A stretch of 64,000 nucleotides of DNA, taken from the IMG/VR virus record IMGVR_UViG_3300034158_000001. One strand, written 5' to 3'. Source of the DNA: an uncultured virus (IMG/VR IMGVR_UViG_3300034158_000001). Its lineage: Duplodnaviria; Heunggongvirae; Uroviricota; Caudoviricetes. Shown here piece by piece: positions 23,679-33,613 of the stretch; position 1 is the stretch's first letter; each line of letters starts with the position of its first letter. Under the pieces are notes generated by a model. The model saw only the letters and a program-made list of their open reading frames with translations. It was not told the DNA's origin and ran no database searches. The position numbers and the translations under genes were made by a program.

Positions 23679-25148
23679 ATGGCTAAGCGCAGTAAAGTTG
23701 AAAAAGTAGCCACTCCTATCCCAAGACTACGACTTGGTGAAATTGGGTCAGTTGGCCTAAGACAGTACAATGGCACTATCGCTGAGGAAATGAGACGTGA
23801 GTTACGTTTCCCAGAAGCATGCCGTACATATCGAACAATGGGACAGGACGCTACAATCCGCTCTGCAATCTCCCTGGTCGAGATGATGATCAGCCGAGTT
23901 GAGTGGACAATTGATCTTGGCATCGAACCTGATGAAGCTATGAAAGCTCGTGGAAAATTCTTAGAAGAAGTTAAGGATGACATGGAGCATAGCTTCGAAG
24001 ACTTCATTCGTGAAGTTACAAGTATGTACACATACGGGTTCTGTGTTAACGAGAAAGTGTATCGTCGCAGGACGTTTGAGTCTGGCTCCTCGTACAACGA
24101 CAACAAGATTGGTATCAGAAAGCTCCCTGTTCGCTCTCAGGACACGATCTTCCGCTGGGTATATAGCGATGACGGTAGAGACCTAATCGGCCTTGAGCAG
24201 AATCTGGCGGGCATTCAGGGTGGTGAGCGTTACGCTAACATCATCAGCCTTGGCAGCAATGGCCTAGTTCCAATCCCTCGTAAGAAGTTCATGCTGTTCC
24301 GTGTAGACGCTAAGAGAGACAACCCAGAAGGCAATAGCCCTCTACGTGGTTGCTACAACGCTTGGCTATTCCGTAGACAGATTGAAGAACAAGAATCGAT
24401 TGGTATCACACGTGATATGAACGGTATGCCAACCTTGTATCTTCCACCACGTTATATGAGTGAAGACGCATCTGATAGTGAGAAGGCAATCTTCGAATAC
24501 TACAAGAACGTTATCAGAAACATCCAAATGAACGAGCAGTCTGGTTTGATCTTGCCACAGGCATTTGACCCAGAGAGCCGTCAACCACTCTTCAAGTTTG
24601 AACTGACTTCCACTCAAGGTGGGAAGATGTACGACACTGACACAATCATCAAGCGTTGGGACAACAAAATCCTAATGGTGCTGTTTGCTGACATGTTGAA
24701 GATGGGTCAGGATCAAGTAGGTTCCTACTCCCTAGCTGGTGCAAAAACAAACATTATGGCGATGGCTATTGAAGCCAGACTTAGAGAAATTCAAGACGTT
24801 CTCAACAACGACCTAGTTCCACAACTGTTCGCACTTAACGGTGAAGCTGCTCCTAGTAAGCAACTGCCTAAGTTCAAATATGGCGACCTAGACGAAGTTG
24901 ACTTGGACGAATTCTCTAAAGCAATTCAACGTATGGGTAGTGTTGGTGGCATTGAACTTGACCGTGATATGGCTAACAAAATCCGAGAGGCTTTAAACGT
25001 TACACCTAAGAAAGCTGATGAACCAGTTGACAAAGAAGAAATCATGGGTGGCGATAGCCAGTCTGGTGACGGAATGGCTGCTGGTGGTGGCAATGGTGCT
25101 AGCAAGACTGCCTCTACACGTGATAACGCTGCCGCAAACAACGCATAA
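23679..25148 (+). CDS. Portal protein
   Basis: 489 aa directly after TerL; NPEGNSPLRG and GSYSLA motifs. Confidence 0.9.
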   Translation: MAKRSKVEKVATPIPRLRLGEIGSVGLRQYNGTIAEEMRRELRFPEACRTYRTMGQDATIRSAISLVEMMISRVEWTIDLGIEPDEAMKARGKFLEEVKDDMEHSFEDFIREVTSMYTYGFCVNEKVYRRRTFESGSSYNDNKIGIRKLPVRSQDTIFRWVYSDDGRDLIGLEQNLAGIQGGERYANIISLGSNGLVPIPRKKFMLFRVDAKRDNPEGNSPLRGCYNAWLFRRQIEEQESIGITRDMNGMPTLYLPPRYMSEDASDSEKAIFEYYKNVIRNIQMNEQSGLILPQAFDPESRQPLFKFELTSTQGGKMYDTDTIIKRWDNKILMVLFADMLKMGQDQVGSYSLAGAKTNIMAMAIEARLREIQDVLNNDLVPQLFALNGEAAPSKQLPKFKYGDLDEVDLDEFSKAIQRMGSVGGIELDRDMANKIREALNVTPKKADEPVDKEEIMGGDSQSGDGMAAGGGNGASKTASTRDNAAANNA

Positions 25149-25157
25149 GGAGTTACC

Positions 25158-25655
25158 ATGAGCCTTAAAAGTATCAAGGAAGCACTTACCAATGCAATCA
25201 CAAATGTACTCGTAAAATCGTTTGGAGACACCTCTCAGGAACCAAAGCCTGAAGTTGTCTCTGAGCAGATGGTGAGTTATGAGATTGTATACGAGCCTCT
25301 AGTTAAAGATGCTCATGGAGAGTGGATGTCTGAGGAAACTCTGCAACAAGCTTGCGAGAACTTCAACGCCAACCTCCAGAAAGGTATTGTGCAGCCAAAC
25401 TTGTTCCACATGAAAAACACAGACACATTCACAATTGAAGACACTTGGATTCAAAAGGAATTTGATGTTGTTGTTGATGGGACAGGTGAAAAGATTAAAG
25501 CTGGGGCTTGGATTTGTAAGATCAAGTATCACGATGAAGACCTGTGGACTCTCAAGAAAGAGGGAGTTATCGGAGGTGTAAGTATCGGTGGTAAAGGTTC
25601 TATCAATAAAGAGACTGGCGAAATTACTAATGTAACATTTGACGGAGAAGATTGA
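25158..25655 (+). CDS. Prohead maturation protease (XkdF-like)
   Basis: VYEP..KDAHGEW, H, GAW and GGVSIGG motifs. Confidence 0.8.
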   Translation: MSLKSIKEALTNAITNVLVKSFGDTSQEPKPEVVSEQMVSYEIVYEPLVKDAHGEWMSEETLQQACENFNANLQKGIVQPNLFHMKNTDTFTIEDTWIQKEFDVVVDGTGEKIKAGAWICKIKYHDEDLWTLKKEGVIGGVSIGGKGSINKETGEITNVTFDGED

Positions 25656-26614
25656 TGGGACTTGTAATCAAATCTGAAGACGACGATAAAGTCACACCGC
25701 ATCTGGCAATGACACACAATGAACTGCAAGGTGGTGCGGCCAATGGTCGTAACATCTCTCTGTTGATGAAAAGTGCTGAAATGTCCGAAGCGATTGAAAA
25801 AGCTCTTGAAGGTCTTGGCCTTAAGGGTGATGTTGTGAAAGCCGCCTACTACGGCCAGATTCGTAGCGTATTGCAAACTGCCGTAACTGAACAGTTCGGT
25901 GGGGACGATTGGGACGACTGGAGTTATGTAGAAGACTTTGACGATTCTAATGTTGTGTTCTGTACATGTGATGGCTTGTTCATTACTAGCTATCAGATCA
26001 GCGACAATGGAACAGTTGCAACACTTGGCGATGAAGCCACTCCTGTTACAGCTTCTGTAACATACACAGAAACAAATGGCGACATTATGTTGTCTGATGA
26101 TGCAGAGGATAAACTTGAAGAGGGTGTCTATACACTTGTCAAGTCCTGCACAACAAATCCTTCCACTGTTGAACACTTGAAGAAGATGTTCGAACACAAA
26201 CAATCCGAGGTCATTAAAATGCAAGAAGAAATCACCAAGGCAGTTGACGCTGCTGTTGCTCTAGAGAAAGCGGCATTCGCTGAACAAGCCGTTCTATTGA
26301 AAGCTGCCACTGATAAACTAGCTGAATTTGAAGCTGCTGCTGTAGCTGCAAAAGTTGAAGTTCGTAAATCTGATCTGACCGCTGCAAAAGTACCTGCTGA
26401 CAAACTGGAAGCTGTTCTTAAATCTCTGTCTGCACTAGATGATGAATCTTTTGCAATGCAGGTTGATCTTTTGAAAGCAATGTCTTCTGCTGTTGACAGT
26501 TCAGATTTGATGCAAGAAACAGGTGTTCAAGGTACTGGTGATGCCAGTGCAGAAGAAGAAGACCGCACAACCGCAATCCTGAAAGCTAAGTACGCTCCAA
26601 AAGCTGCTAAGTAA
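25652..26614 (+). CDS. Scaffold / head assembly protein
   Basis: Acidic, Ala-rich coiled-coil C-terminus; lies between protease and capsid genes. Confidence 0.7.
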   Translation: MMGLVIKSEDDDKVTPHLAMTHNELQGGAANGRNISLLMKSAEMSEAIEKALEGLGLKGDVVKAAYYGQIRSVLQTAVTEQFGGDDWDDWSYVEDFDDSNVVFCTCDGLFITSYQISDNGTVATLGDEATPVTASVTYTETNGDIMLSDDAEDKLEEGVYTLVKSCTTNPSTVEHLKKMFEHKQSEVIKMQEEITKAVDAAVALEKAAFAEQAVLLKAATDKLAEFEAAAVAAKVEVRKSDLTAAKVPADKLEAVLKSLSALDDESFAMQVDLLKAMSSAVDSSDLMQETGVQGTGDASAEEEDRTTAILKAKYAPKAAK

Positions 26615-26640
26615 TACAACTCTAATAGGAGATTCAAACA

Positions 26641-27027
26641 ATGGCACAATACGCTGCTGATGTACAACGTCTAAGTAACTGGCTCTTCTTCGAAGCGTTC
26701 CCAGGAACTGGCGTAACACGTGAAGTTCTGGCTAAGTCTGCCGTGAACGCAACCATCACTGGTTCTGTTCTTGACAGCACTGGTAAGCTTGTAGTTGCTG
26801 CAACTCTGGCCGATGCTACTTACATTCTGATTGACGACCTGACCCGTCCAGCCGCTGCTGAATACTCAAGCGTGTTGGTGCTGGCTCGTGGTATGGCAAA
26901 AGTTGGTAAAGCTGCACTTGTATTTGGTTCGGATGTTACTACAGACGTTCAACGCAAGACGGCCACTGACAAATTGGCTCTGAAGAATATCTTCGCAGTT
27001 GACCAACTTACCTACAACAACGTTTAA
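26641..27027 (+). CDS. Head decoration protein
   Basis: 128 aa immediately upstream of the major capsid gene. Confidence 0.7.
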   Translation: MAQYAADVQRLSNWLFFEAFPGTGVTREVLAKSAVNATITGSVLDSTGKLVVAATLADATYILIDDLTRPAAAEYSSVLVLARGMAKVGKAALVFGSDVTTDVQRKTATDKLALKNIFAVDQLTYNNV

Positions 27028-27039
27028 TAGGAGGACATA

Positions 27040-28098
27040 ATGTCTAACCAAGTACAACTAGCTAAACAGGCTGTCCGTAGTTTCGGTAACAACAACTACG
27101 AGTACACCGACCTGTCGGCTCCGCTGATGATTGTTCCTAACGACTGGTTCCTTGGAGAACAACTGGGTCTCTTCACAAAAGAAACTATCAGCCAAGAAAC
27201 AGTTACAATCGAAGAAATCACAACTGGTTACGGTCTGATCAAAGACGTACACCGTGGTGCACGTCACCAAGTGATCAGCGACCCTACTCGCAAAATGCAA
27301 GCCTTCGCGGTTCCTCACTTCACCCTAGACGCCTCGATCACTCCACGTGATATCCAAGGTAAGCGTGCTTTCGGTGTTGACCAACTGGAAACCATTGCTG
27401 CCGTGCGTGCACGTAAGCTGGAAGTTCTGCGTAAGAGTTGGGCTGCAACACACGAAGCTGCTGTATGGCACACCATCACAACTGGTACTGCCTACGCTCC
27501 AAACGGAAACGTTACATACGACTGGTACACTCAGTTCGGTGCAACACGTACCATTATCGACTTCGCTCTGAACACCCCTACTACTGACATTATCGTCAAG
27601 ACAGAACAAGTGTTCGCTGCAATGCAAGACAACGCTCACGATGGTAACATCTACGGCGAAATCTGGGCTGTTGCATCGCCAGAGTTCTTCCAGAAGCTGA
27701 CCTCTCACCCAAGCGTTAAAGCGCTCTGGATGGCGTACAGCCAGTCTCCACAGATCCTTCGTGATCGTATGAAGGCTCAAGGCTACGACGCTCGTTACCG
27801 TGAATTCACAATCGGTAACATCACTTACATCGAATACCGTGGTATCGATCCAGAAGGCAACCGCTTCATTCCAGCCGGAGAAGTTTACTTCCTGCCTGCG
27901 GATATGGGTGCTGACAACTTCGTTCAATACTTCGGTCCAGCGGATCACTTTGACTACGTTAACACACAAGGTCAAGAGCTGTACGCATTCGAGTTCGGTG
28001 ATAACCGTGGTCAGATGATCGAAATCCAAACAGAGTCCAACTTCCTGAACGTGCTTCGCCGTCCACAGTTGGTAATCAAAGGCATCGTTGGTGCCTAA
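27040..28098 (+). CDS. Major capsid protein
   Basis: 352 aa, lambda gpE-like features, strong codon bias, followed by a terminator. Confidence 0.9.
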   Translation: MSNQVQLAKQAVRSFGNNNYEYTDLSAPLMIVPNDWFLGEQLGLFTKETISQETVTIEEITTGYGLIKDVHRGARHQVISDPTRKMQAFAVPHFTLDASITPRDIQGKRAFGVDQLETIAAVRARKLEVLRKSWAATHEAAVWHTITTGTAYAPNGNVTYDWYTQFGATRTIIDFALNTPTTDIIVKTEQVFAAMQDNAHDGNIYGEIWAVASPEFFQKLTSHPSVKALWMAYSQSPQILRDRMKAQGYDARYREFTIGNITYIEYRGIDPEGNRFIPAGEVYFLPADMGADNFVQYFGPADHFDYVNTQGQELYAFEFGDNRGQMIEIQTESNFLNVLRRPQLVIKGIVGA

Positions 28099-28106
28099 TT
28101 AGAACT

Positions 28107-28130
28107 GGGGAGCTAAGCTCCCCTTTCTTT
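28107..28130 (+). terminator. Rho-independent terminator
   Basis: GGGGAGC taa GCTCCCC TTTCTTT. Confidence 0.85.
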
Positions 28131-28147
28131 GCTTAGGAGTCTGACAA

Positions 28148-28630
28148 ATGCCTTATACGAATAATCCAGCTAACAGTGCTACAGACCGCGTTCGTTTGAA
28201 CGTTGGTGACATCTGGCCTGATATGGAGTTCCTGCATGATGAAGACTACAGATACTTTATCGACAAGTATAATGGAAATGAGAACAGGGCCACGTTAGAC
28301 GTTGCTCGATCAATCTTGTTTTCACTAGCTAGATACACCCGTGAAAGAACAGGTGATATTGAAGTATATGGTGGAGATATTTATAACAACTACTACAAAG
28401 CATTGGAACTTCTTCTGAAAGATCCAAATGCGGCGATCAGTCTTGCTATGCCATATGCTGGCGGTATCGATAGAATCGACATGCACAAAAATAGACTTGA
28501 CCGTAATAATAACTCTGTTCTTATTCCGACTCAACGTCCACAATTCATGCTTGGTTGCGGCAACTGGCAGTACAACTACGACCTACTATACAACTGTGGG
28601 GTTGGTGCTGGTCATGGCTTTGCATATTAA
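28148..28630 (+). CDS. Head-tail adaptor
   Basis: DRVRLNVGD...FLHDEDY motif; position. Confidence 0.7.
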   Translation: MPYTNNPANSATDRVRLNVGDIWPDMEFLHDEDYRYFIDKYNGNENRATLDVARSILFSLARYTRERTGDIEVYGGDIYNNYYKALELLLKDPNAAISLAMPYAGGIDRIDMHKNRLDRNNNSVLIPTQRPQFMLGCGNWQYNYDLLYNCGVGAGHGFAY

Positions 28631-29075
28631 GTATGAAAGTAAGATCCCAGCCCTCTTAAAGAGGCTGGACAAATTACAAGGTACTGAAGTTGAGGTTGGG
28701 TTCTTTGAAGAAGACCGATACGGCCCAGAGAACGATAACCTACCAGTGGCAACTGTCGCTGCGTATAACGAGTTCGGTACTATACACAACCCACAAAGAC
28801 CTTTCATGTCTGATGCCTTCACTGACACAATGTCTCAGAACAAAATGGCAAGTTTAATGAGTGAAGTTTTCTGCGGAGCTATTAAGAATGGGATGGCTAC
28901 CAAGAGACTTCTAAATGTCCTTGGTAGGATCACTGGCGAGCTTATTGAAATCAGTATTCAGCAATACGCTGCAACTGGTGGAAACTCTCCAGCAACAATT
29001 AAGGCCAAAGGAAGAGATACACCACTTATTGACACAGGCAAAATGATTGAGTCTGTGAGGTTCCAAATTAACTGA
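28614..29075 (+). CDS. Neck / virion morphogenesis protein
   Basis: NEFGT..PQRPF and PLIDTG motifs. Confidence 0.75.
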   Translation: MALHIKYESKIPALLKRLDKLQGTEVEVGFFEEDRYGPENDNLPVATVAAYNEFGTIHNPQRPFMSDAFTDTMSQNKMASLMSEVFCGAIKNGMATKRLLNVLGRITGELIEISIQQYAATGGNSPATIKAKGRDTPLIDTGKMIESVRFQIN

Positions 29076-29087
29076 TAGGAGTCAAAA

Positions 29088-29456
29088 ATGCTAAATCCGC
29101 CACTGCTCCTAACAGGGCACACAACTCTTGATATCATCAGGAGAGAGTCAGACACACTATTCAGAGGTCGCCCGCAGCCGGGTGCTGAGACTGTAGTTCA
29201 AGTTGTCTGTAACGTGCAACCCATTTTAAAATCAACAGACACAATGTTGCTTCCAGAAGCTGACAGGTCAAAAGCAGCCTTGAAAGTTTACACTAAGGGT
29301 GCTGCCATGAGACAGAGAAAAGAGGGTCCATCTGGATACGCCGCTGACAGGTTTTACTGGAAGGGCGACTTGTTTGAAGTTATGAAAGTCATCGACTACG
29401 AGATGGGTGTGTTAAATCACTATAAAGCCATCTGCATGAGAGTTGAACTTACATGA
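29088..29456 (+). CDS. Head closure / stopper protein
   Basis: NVQP, LPEADR and AD..YW.G motifs; position. Confidence 0.7.
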   Translation: MLNPPLLLTGHTTLDIIRRESDTLFRGRPQPGAETVVQVVCNVQPILKSTDTMLLPEADRSKAALKVYTKGAAMRQRKEGPSGYAADRFYWKGDLFEVMKVIDYEMGVLNHYKAICMRVELT

Positions 29457-30019
29457 ATATATATCAAGACCTTGAGAACTCTCTCTACAATATTGTTGAA
29501 GGTCTTCACCCAGAGTGGACAACGATCTTCGCTTACACAAACGCATCTGAGCCTTCCAGCCCTTATCTAGCGATTGACGTTAGGAAGATATCTCAGACTG
29601 GCAGTGAGTACAGTTCAACCCCAACTGTCGGGGCTGATGGAGTTAAGTTGATTCAAACGACATACCAAAACTATGTCACTGATGTTAGGTTTGAGTTTAT
29701 TGGAAAGTATGATGACCAAACCTCTGTAGCAGATATGGCCCATGCGCTCCAACTAGAACTTAGATCGGACAAAGGTTACGACTTGCAGAGAGAGAACAGG
29801 CTATCGCTATTTCACCTCACATCGTTGAGAAGACTCCCTCTGAGACGCGAGACTGAGATGTACATGATCTACCAACTTGATGTTGACTTCGCCTATATGG
29901 GCATGGTGACAACAGAACAAGACTACGCCGCAGGTCTTCAAGGTGGCGGATTCTACCACGATGCAAACAGGCCACCAGACTATGTTCTGGAAACCGAATT
30001 TGAAATCAACTACCCTTAA
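29453..30019 (+). CDS. Tail terminator / completion protein
   Basis: Position before the sheath gene; size. Confidence 0.65.
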   Translation: MNIYQDLENSLYNIVEGLHPEWTTIFAYTNASEPSSPYLAIDVRKISQTGSEYSSTPTVGADGVKLIQTTYQNYVTDVRFEFIGKYDDQTSVADMAHALQLELRSDKGYDLQRENRLSLFHLTSLRRLPLRRETEMYMIYQLDVDFAYMGMVTTEQDYAAGLQGGGFYHDANRPPDYVLETEFEINYP

Positions 30020-30033
30020 TCAGGAGAAAACGT

Positions 30034-31317
30034 ATGACCGTTCTTACGGATATTATCGAAATCAACATCAGCCGCGAAACTGCTGCTGTTGCCCAAACCA
30101 ACTTCAACGTGCCCCTGTTCGTTTCCGCTCACACAAAGTTTGCTGAAAGAGCACGATCGTACTCAAGCCTTGCCGCTGTTGGTGAAGACTTCGAACCTAC
30201 TGACAGTGCTTACATTGCTGCTCAGAAGTTGTTCGGACAAGCTCTTACACCAGCTCGCATTAAAATCGGACGCAGACTAGTTCCAAGCTCCACTGTTAAC
30301 GTAAGCACAGTTGCTACCGGTCCCTACACTCTGACCATCAACGACACACCTTTCTCGTATGTAGCTAGCGGAAGCGACACTGCAATCTTGATCGCTGCTG
30401 GACTTAAAACTGCCTACAACGTAACCCCTATCACTGGTGTTACAGTAACTGACAACCTTGATGGCTCTCTGACTGTAGCTTCTGCAATTGGCTACTCTTT
30501 GAAAGTGTCTACAAACATGTCTCAAGCTAACAGCCCGTCTGTAGAATCTTGGGCAACAACAATCAACGAAATTACCCTAGTGGACAACACTTGGTATGCT
30601 GTGATGATTGAGTCTCACCTTGAGGCTGACATTCTGACTGTAGCTGCTCAGATTGAAGGAATGAAGAAAGTATTCGCTACATCTTCTCAGGCTTCTGCCG
30701 TTAAGACAACAGGAACAACTGACATCTTCTCTCAATTGAAAGCTCTGGCTTACCAGCGTACATTTGGTATCTACTCTGCAACCGCAGACACTGAATTCCC
30801 AGAAGCTGCTTGGGTTGGCTACCAACTTCAAGAACAACCGGGTTCCAACACCTGGGCGTACAAAGCTCTGTCTGGTGTCACTGTTAGCGTTCTGAGCGAT
30901 ACAGAGTCGACAAACGTGCACAACAAGAGTGCCACAACATACGAAACCGTTGGTGGCCTAAGAAGCACAATCGGAGCGAAGATGTTTGGTGGTGAGTGGA
31001 TCGACGTTATGATCTTTGTTGACTGGCTAGAACAGCGTATGAAGGAACGTCTGTGGAGCCGTATGGCGAACAGCAAGAAAATCCCTTACACATCTGCTGG
31101 TACTGCCATTATCGAAGCTGAGATTCGTGCACAGCTCAATGACGGTATTCGTGTTGGTGGTCTGGCTAACAGTCCTTCCCCAACTGTATCCGTTCCTGAC
31201 GTGCTGTCTGTTTCACAAGTTGCACGTGCTAACCGTATCTTCGAAGGCATTACATTCGAAGCACGTCTGGCTGGAGCTATCCACTTCGTCAAAATCGCAG
31301 GGACTGTAACCGTTTAA
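30034..31317 (+). CDS. Tail sheath protein (DUF3383-like)
   Basis: PGSNTWAYK, GEWID..DWL, KIPYT and LAGAIH motifs. Confidence 0.9.
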   Translation: MTVLTDIIEINISRETAAVAQTNFNVPLFVSAHTKFAERARSYSSLAAVGEDFEPTDSAYIAAQKLFGQALTPARIKIGRRLVPSSTVNVSTVATGPYTLTINDTPFSYVASGSDTAILIAAGLKTAYNVTPITGVTVTDNLDGSLTVASAIGYSLKVSTNMSQANSPSVESWATTINEITLVDNTWYAVMIESHLEADILTVAAQIEGMKKVFATSSQASAVKTTGTTDIFSQLKALAYQRTFGIYSATADTEFPEAAWVGYQLQEQPGSNTWAYKALSGVTVSVLSDTESTNVHNKSATTYETVGGLRSTIGAKMFGGEWIDVMIFVDWLEQRMKERLWSRMANSKKIPYTSAGTAIIEAEIRAQLNDGIRVGGLANSPSPTVSVPDVLSVSQVARANRIFEGITFEARLAGAIHFVKIAGTVTV

Positions 31318-31349
31318 TACGGTTACACCCTTATAACAGGAGATAAACA

Positions 31350-31874
31350 ATGTCTACACAACGTCTTGCTACCTTTGCTCCGAATGATGTGAGTGTAATT
31401 ATCACTCAATCTAGCACTGGTATCTCCCACCTAGTAAGTGGATACTCTGAGGACTCCATCGTAAACATCGAATGGACTAGCCCTCGTTATGCACTATACA
31501 CTGGTGCAGACAACACAGGTACACGTGTCTTCAACGCAAGTAACTCTGCTACCCTGACACTGAGCCTACAACAAACTTCTGCATCTAACGATGTATTGTC
31601 TCAGCTTTTTGCAAACGATGGTCGTAACACTGATGGTCTATTCTCTGTTCAAGTGAAAGACTCGTCTGGCCGTTCGATTTACTTCTCTGACGACGCTTAC
31701 ATTGGTGTACGTCCTAACGCTGGTTTCTCTAACAGCATGCAGACACGTGAGTGGGCTATTCAAGCGTTCAACCTTGCCGGTTACGCGGGTGGTAACGCAA
31801 TCGTAACACCAGAAGATCAAGGAACAATCGAAACCCTTGGTGGCACTCTAGCTGCTAAATGGCTTCAATCGTAA
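31350..31874 (+). CDS. Tail tube protein (DUF3277-like)
   Basis: F.P.DV, L.QTS.SN, KD.SG and REW motifs. Confidence 0.8.
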   Translation: MSTQRLATFAPNDVSVIITQSSTGISHLVSGYSEDSIVNIEWTSPRYALYTGADNTGTRVFNASNSATLTLSLQQTSASNDVLSQLFANDGRNTDGLFSVQVKDSSGRSIYFSDDAYIGVRPNAGFSNSMQTREWAIQAFNLAGYAGGNAIVTPEDQGTIETLGGTLAAKWLQS

Positions 31875-31884
31875 TACATTCGTT

Positions 31885-31920
31885 AAGGGGCTTCCATTCG
31901 TGGCGGCCCCTTTTCTTTTT
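31885..31920 (+). terminator. Rho-independent terminator
   Basis: AAGGGGC...GCCCCTT followed by a T-tract. Confidence 0.75.
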
Positions 31921-31933
31921 ATGGAGGCACTGA

Positions 31934-32437
31934 ATGTCTAGTCTACGCAGTTATTCCCCAAGTGATGTAACAATTACTGTCGCAGGTTTGTACTCTGTTA
32001 CAGGCTATGCAGAAGGTACATTCGTAAAGATCACGAAGGACACACAACAAATTAGTACAATACGAGCTATGGATGGAACAGTATCTCGTATTAAATCTCC
32101 AGACACTGGATGGAAAATAGAACTGACATTGGCTCAGTCTTCCAGTGGAAACGACATTCTGTCTACGCTATGGAACGTTGACAAAGTTACTGGTATGGGA
32201 AAATTCCCACTCATGATTAAAGATGGAAGCGGAAGCACTATGTTCATGGCGGCGTCTGCCTGGATTGAGGATATTCCAGATATCGTATTCTCGAATCAAT
32301 TGGAGACACGTACTTGGGGCTTCAGAGCTACAGACGTGATTGCAAACATTGGTGGCAACGGAGATGGAGACTTGAGTTCTATTCTAGGTCTAAGTTCCTC
32401 TGTGCTGTCGATCCTAAAAAACTTCACAACAATTTAA
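31934..32437 (+). CDS. Tail tube-like paralogue 2
   Basis: YSPSDV, LAQSSSGN, KDGSG and RTW motifs. Confidence 0.7.
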   Translation: MSSLRSYSPSDVTITVAGLYSVTGYAEGTFVKITKDTQQISTIRAMDGTVSRIKSPDTGWKIELTLAQSSSGNDILSTLWNVDKVTGMGKFPLMIKDGSGSTMFMAASAWIEDIPDIVFSNQLETRTWGFRATDVIANIGGNGDGDLSSILGLSSSVLSILKNFTTI

Positions 32438-32446
32438 GGAGCTTTT

Positions 32447-32980
32447 ATGTCTGGTAGCGTATTGACGTATGACCCAAGCAGTGTTATCATCAGTGTTGCA
32501 GGTTGGATTGTACCCGGAGTTGTGAGCGTCTCTCTCAACTGGAAGTCAGAGGTATTTTCTGTTAGAAAGGGTATTCGTGGAATCCATACTAGAATCTACA
32601 ACCCTGACAGACAAGCTACCCTTGTTCTGGAAATCTTACCAACCTCTATCGCGAATGACGTGTTCACAAGTATTGTACTTCAAGACGCTAACTCTCATGC
32701 GGGTCTTCTCGACCCTGTTATGCTTAAAGACTCTTCTGGTACATCACGCTTTACAACAAGTCAGGCGTATATCCACACATTCCCAGATTTGACATTCAAC
32801 GCTGATGGTATCACCACACGTAAATGGGAAATAGAAATCCTGTCCTTTGTTTCCGGGTCCGGTAACATTGGGGGCAACGCCTCTAACGGTGTTGATATTA
32901 ACGACATTCTATCTGGTGCACTGTCAAGCGCTAAAGGTCTTGCAGAAGACGGACTGGCAGCAGTATCCAGCTACTTTTAA
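32447..32980 (+). CDS. Tail tube-like paralogue 3
   Basis: YDPSSV, PTSIAN, KDSSG and RKW motifs. Confidence 0.7.
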   Translation: MSGSVLTYDPSSVIISVAGWIVPGVVSVSLNWKSEVFSVRKGIRGIHTRIYNPDRQATLVLEILPTSIANDVFTSIVLQDANSHAGLLDPVMLKDSSGTSRFTTSQAYIHTFPDLTFNADGITTRKWEIEILSFVSGSGNIGGNASNGVDINDILSGALSSAKGLAEDGLAAVSSYF

Positions 32981-32995
32981 TTCAAGGAGTACATA

Positions 32996-33358
32996 ATGGC
33001 TATTCAACAAAAAGAAGTGACAATTAACGGCGAAGTTTTCTTGCTGACTCAACTGCCAGGTATGACTGGTTTGAAGCTTGGTAAGCAGCTTATCAAGACT
33101 CTTGGCCCGTCCCTGGCAGTGATGCAGGGTGAGGGAGCGTCAGTAGGTGCAGCTCTTAACGTCCTGTTCGAAAACCTTGATGACAATGCAGAAGCACTGA
33201 TCATCGCACTCGTATCTGGTGCAACCAAGGGCAACATGGCTATCAACTTCAACATGGAGTTTGCTGGTCAGTACGATAAACTCTTCCTGCTTGTTAAAGA
33301 GATTGTGGAGTTTAACTACGGATCGGTTTTTCAGATGCTAGGTTCCGGCGTCCTGTAA
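32996..33358 (+). CDS. Tail assembly chaperone (G)
   Basis: Lies between tube genes and tape measure; slippery G GTT TTT near its 3' end. Confidence 0.75.
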   Translation: MAIQQKEVTINGEVFLLTQLPGMTGLKLGKQLIKTLGPSLAVMQGEGASVGAALNVLFENLDDNAEALIIALVSGATKGNMAINFNMEFAGQYDKLFLLVKEIVEFNYGSVFQMLGSGVL

Positions 33359-33600
33359 ACTCTAACGCGGAGCCACAGACAACCCACCCTCGCCTGAAAA
33401 GGGTTGAGGCTGGGTATACTCAAGACTGGGAAATCTTCAGGATCATGACAAGTAAGATTAAAGGTTTACCGAGTTATATTGAGTTGCAAACTGTCTGCAA
33501 CGTAGAGGACATTTACAATATTCTTGAAATGCTTGACGCAAAGTCTGAAATGGACGAAGTGGCACGTATACAACAAGCCCAGCAAGCTCAGAACAAATAA
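33325..33600 (+). CDS. Tail assembly chaperone extension (T), probably via -1 frameshift
   Basis: -1 frame open from GGTTTTT (33325-33331) to TAA at 33600. Confidence 0.65.
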   Translation, partial: GFSDARFRRPVNSNAEPQTTHPRLKRVEAGYTQDWEIFRIMTSKIKGLPSYIELQTVCNVEDIYNILEMLDAKSEMDEVARIQQAQQAQNK

Positions 33601-33613
33601 ATAGTGAGGCCGT

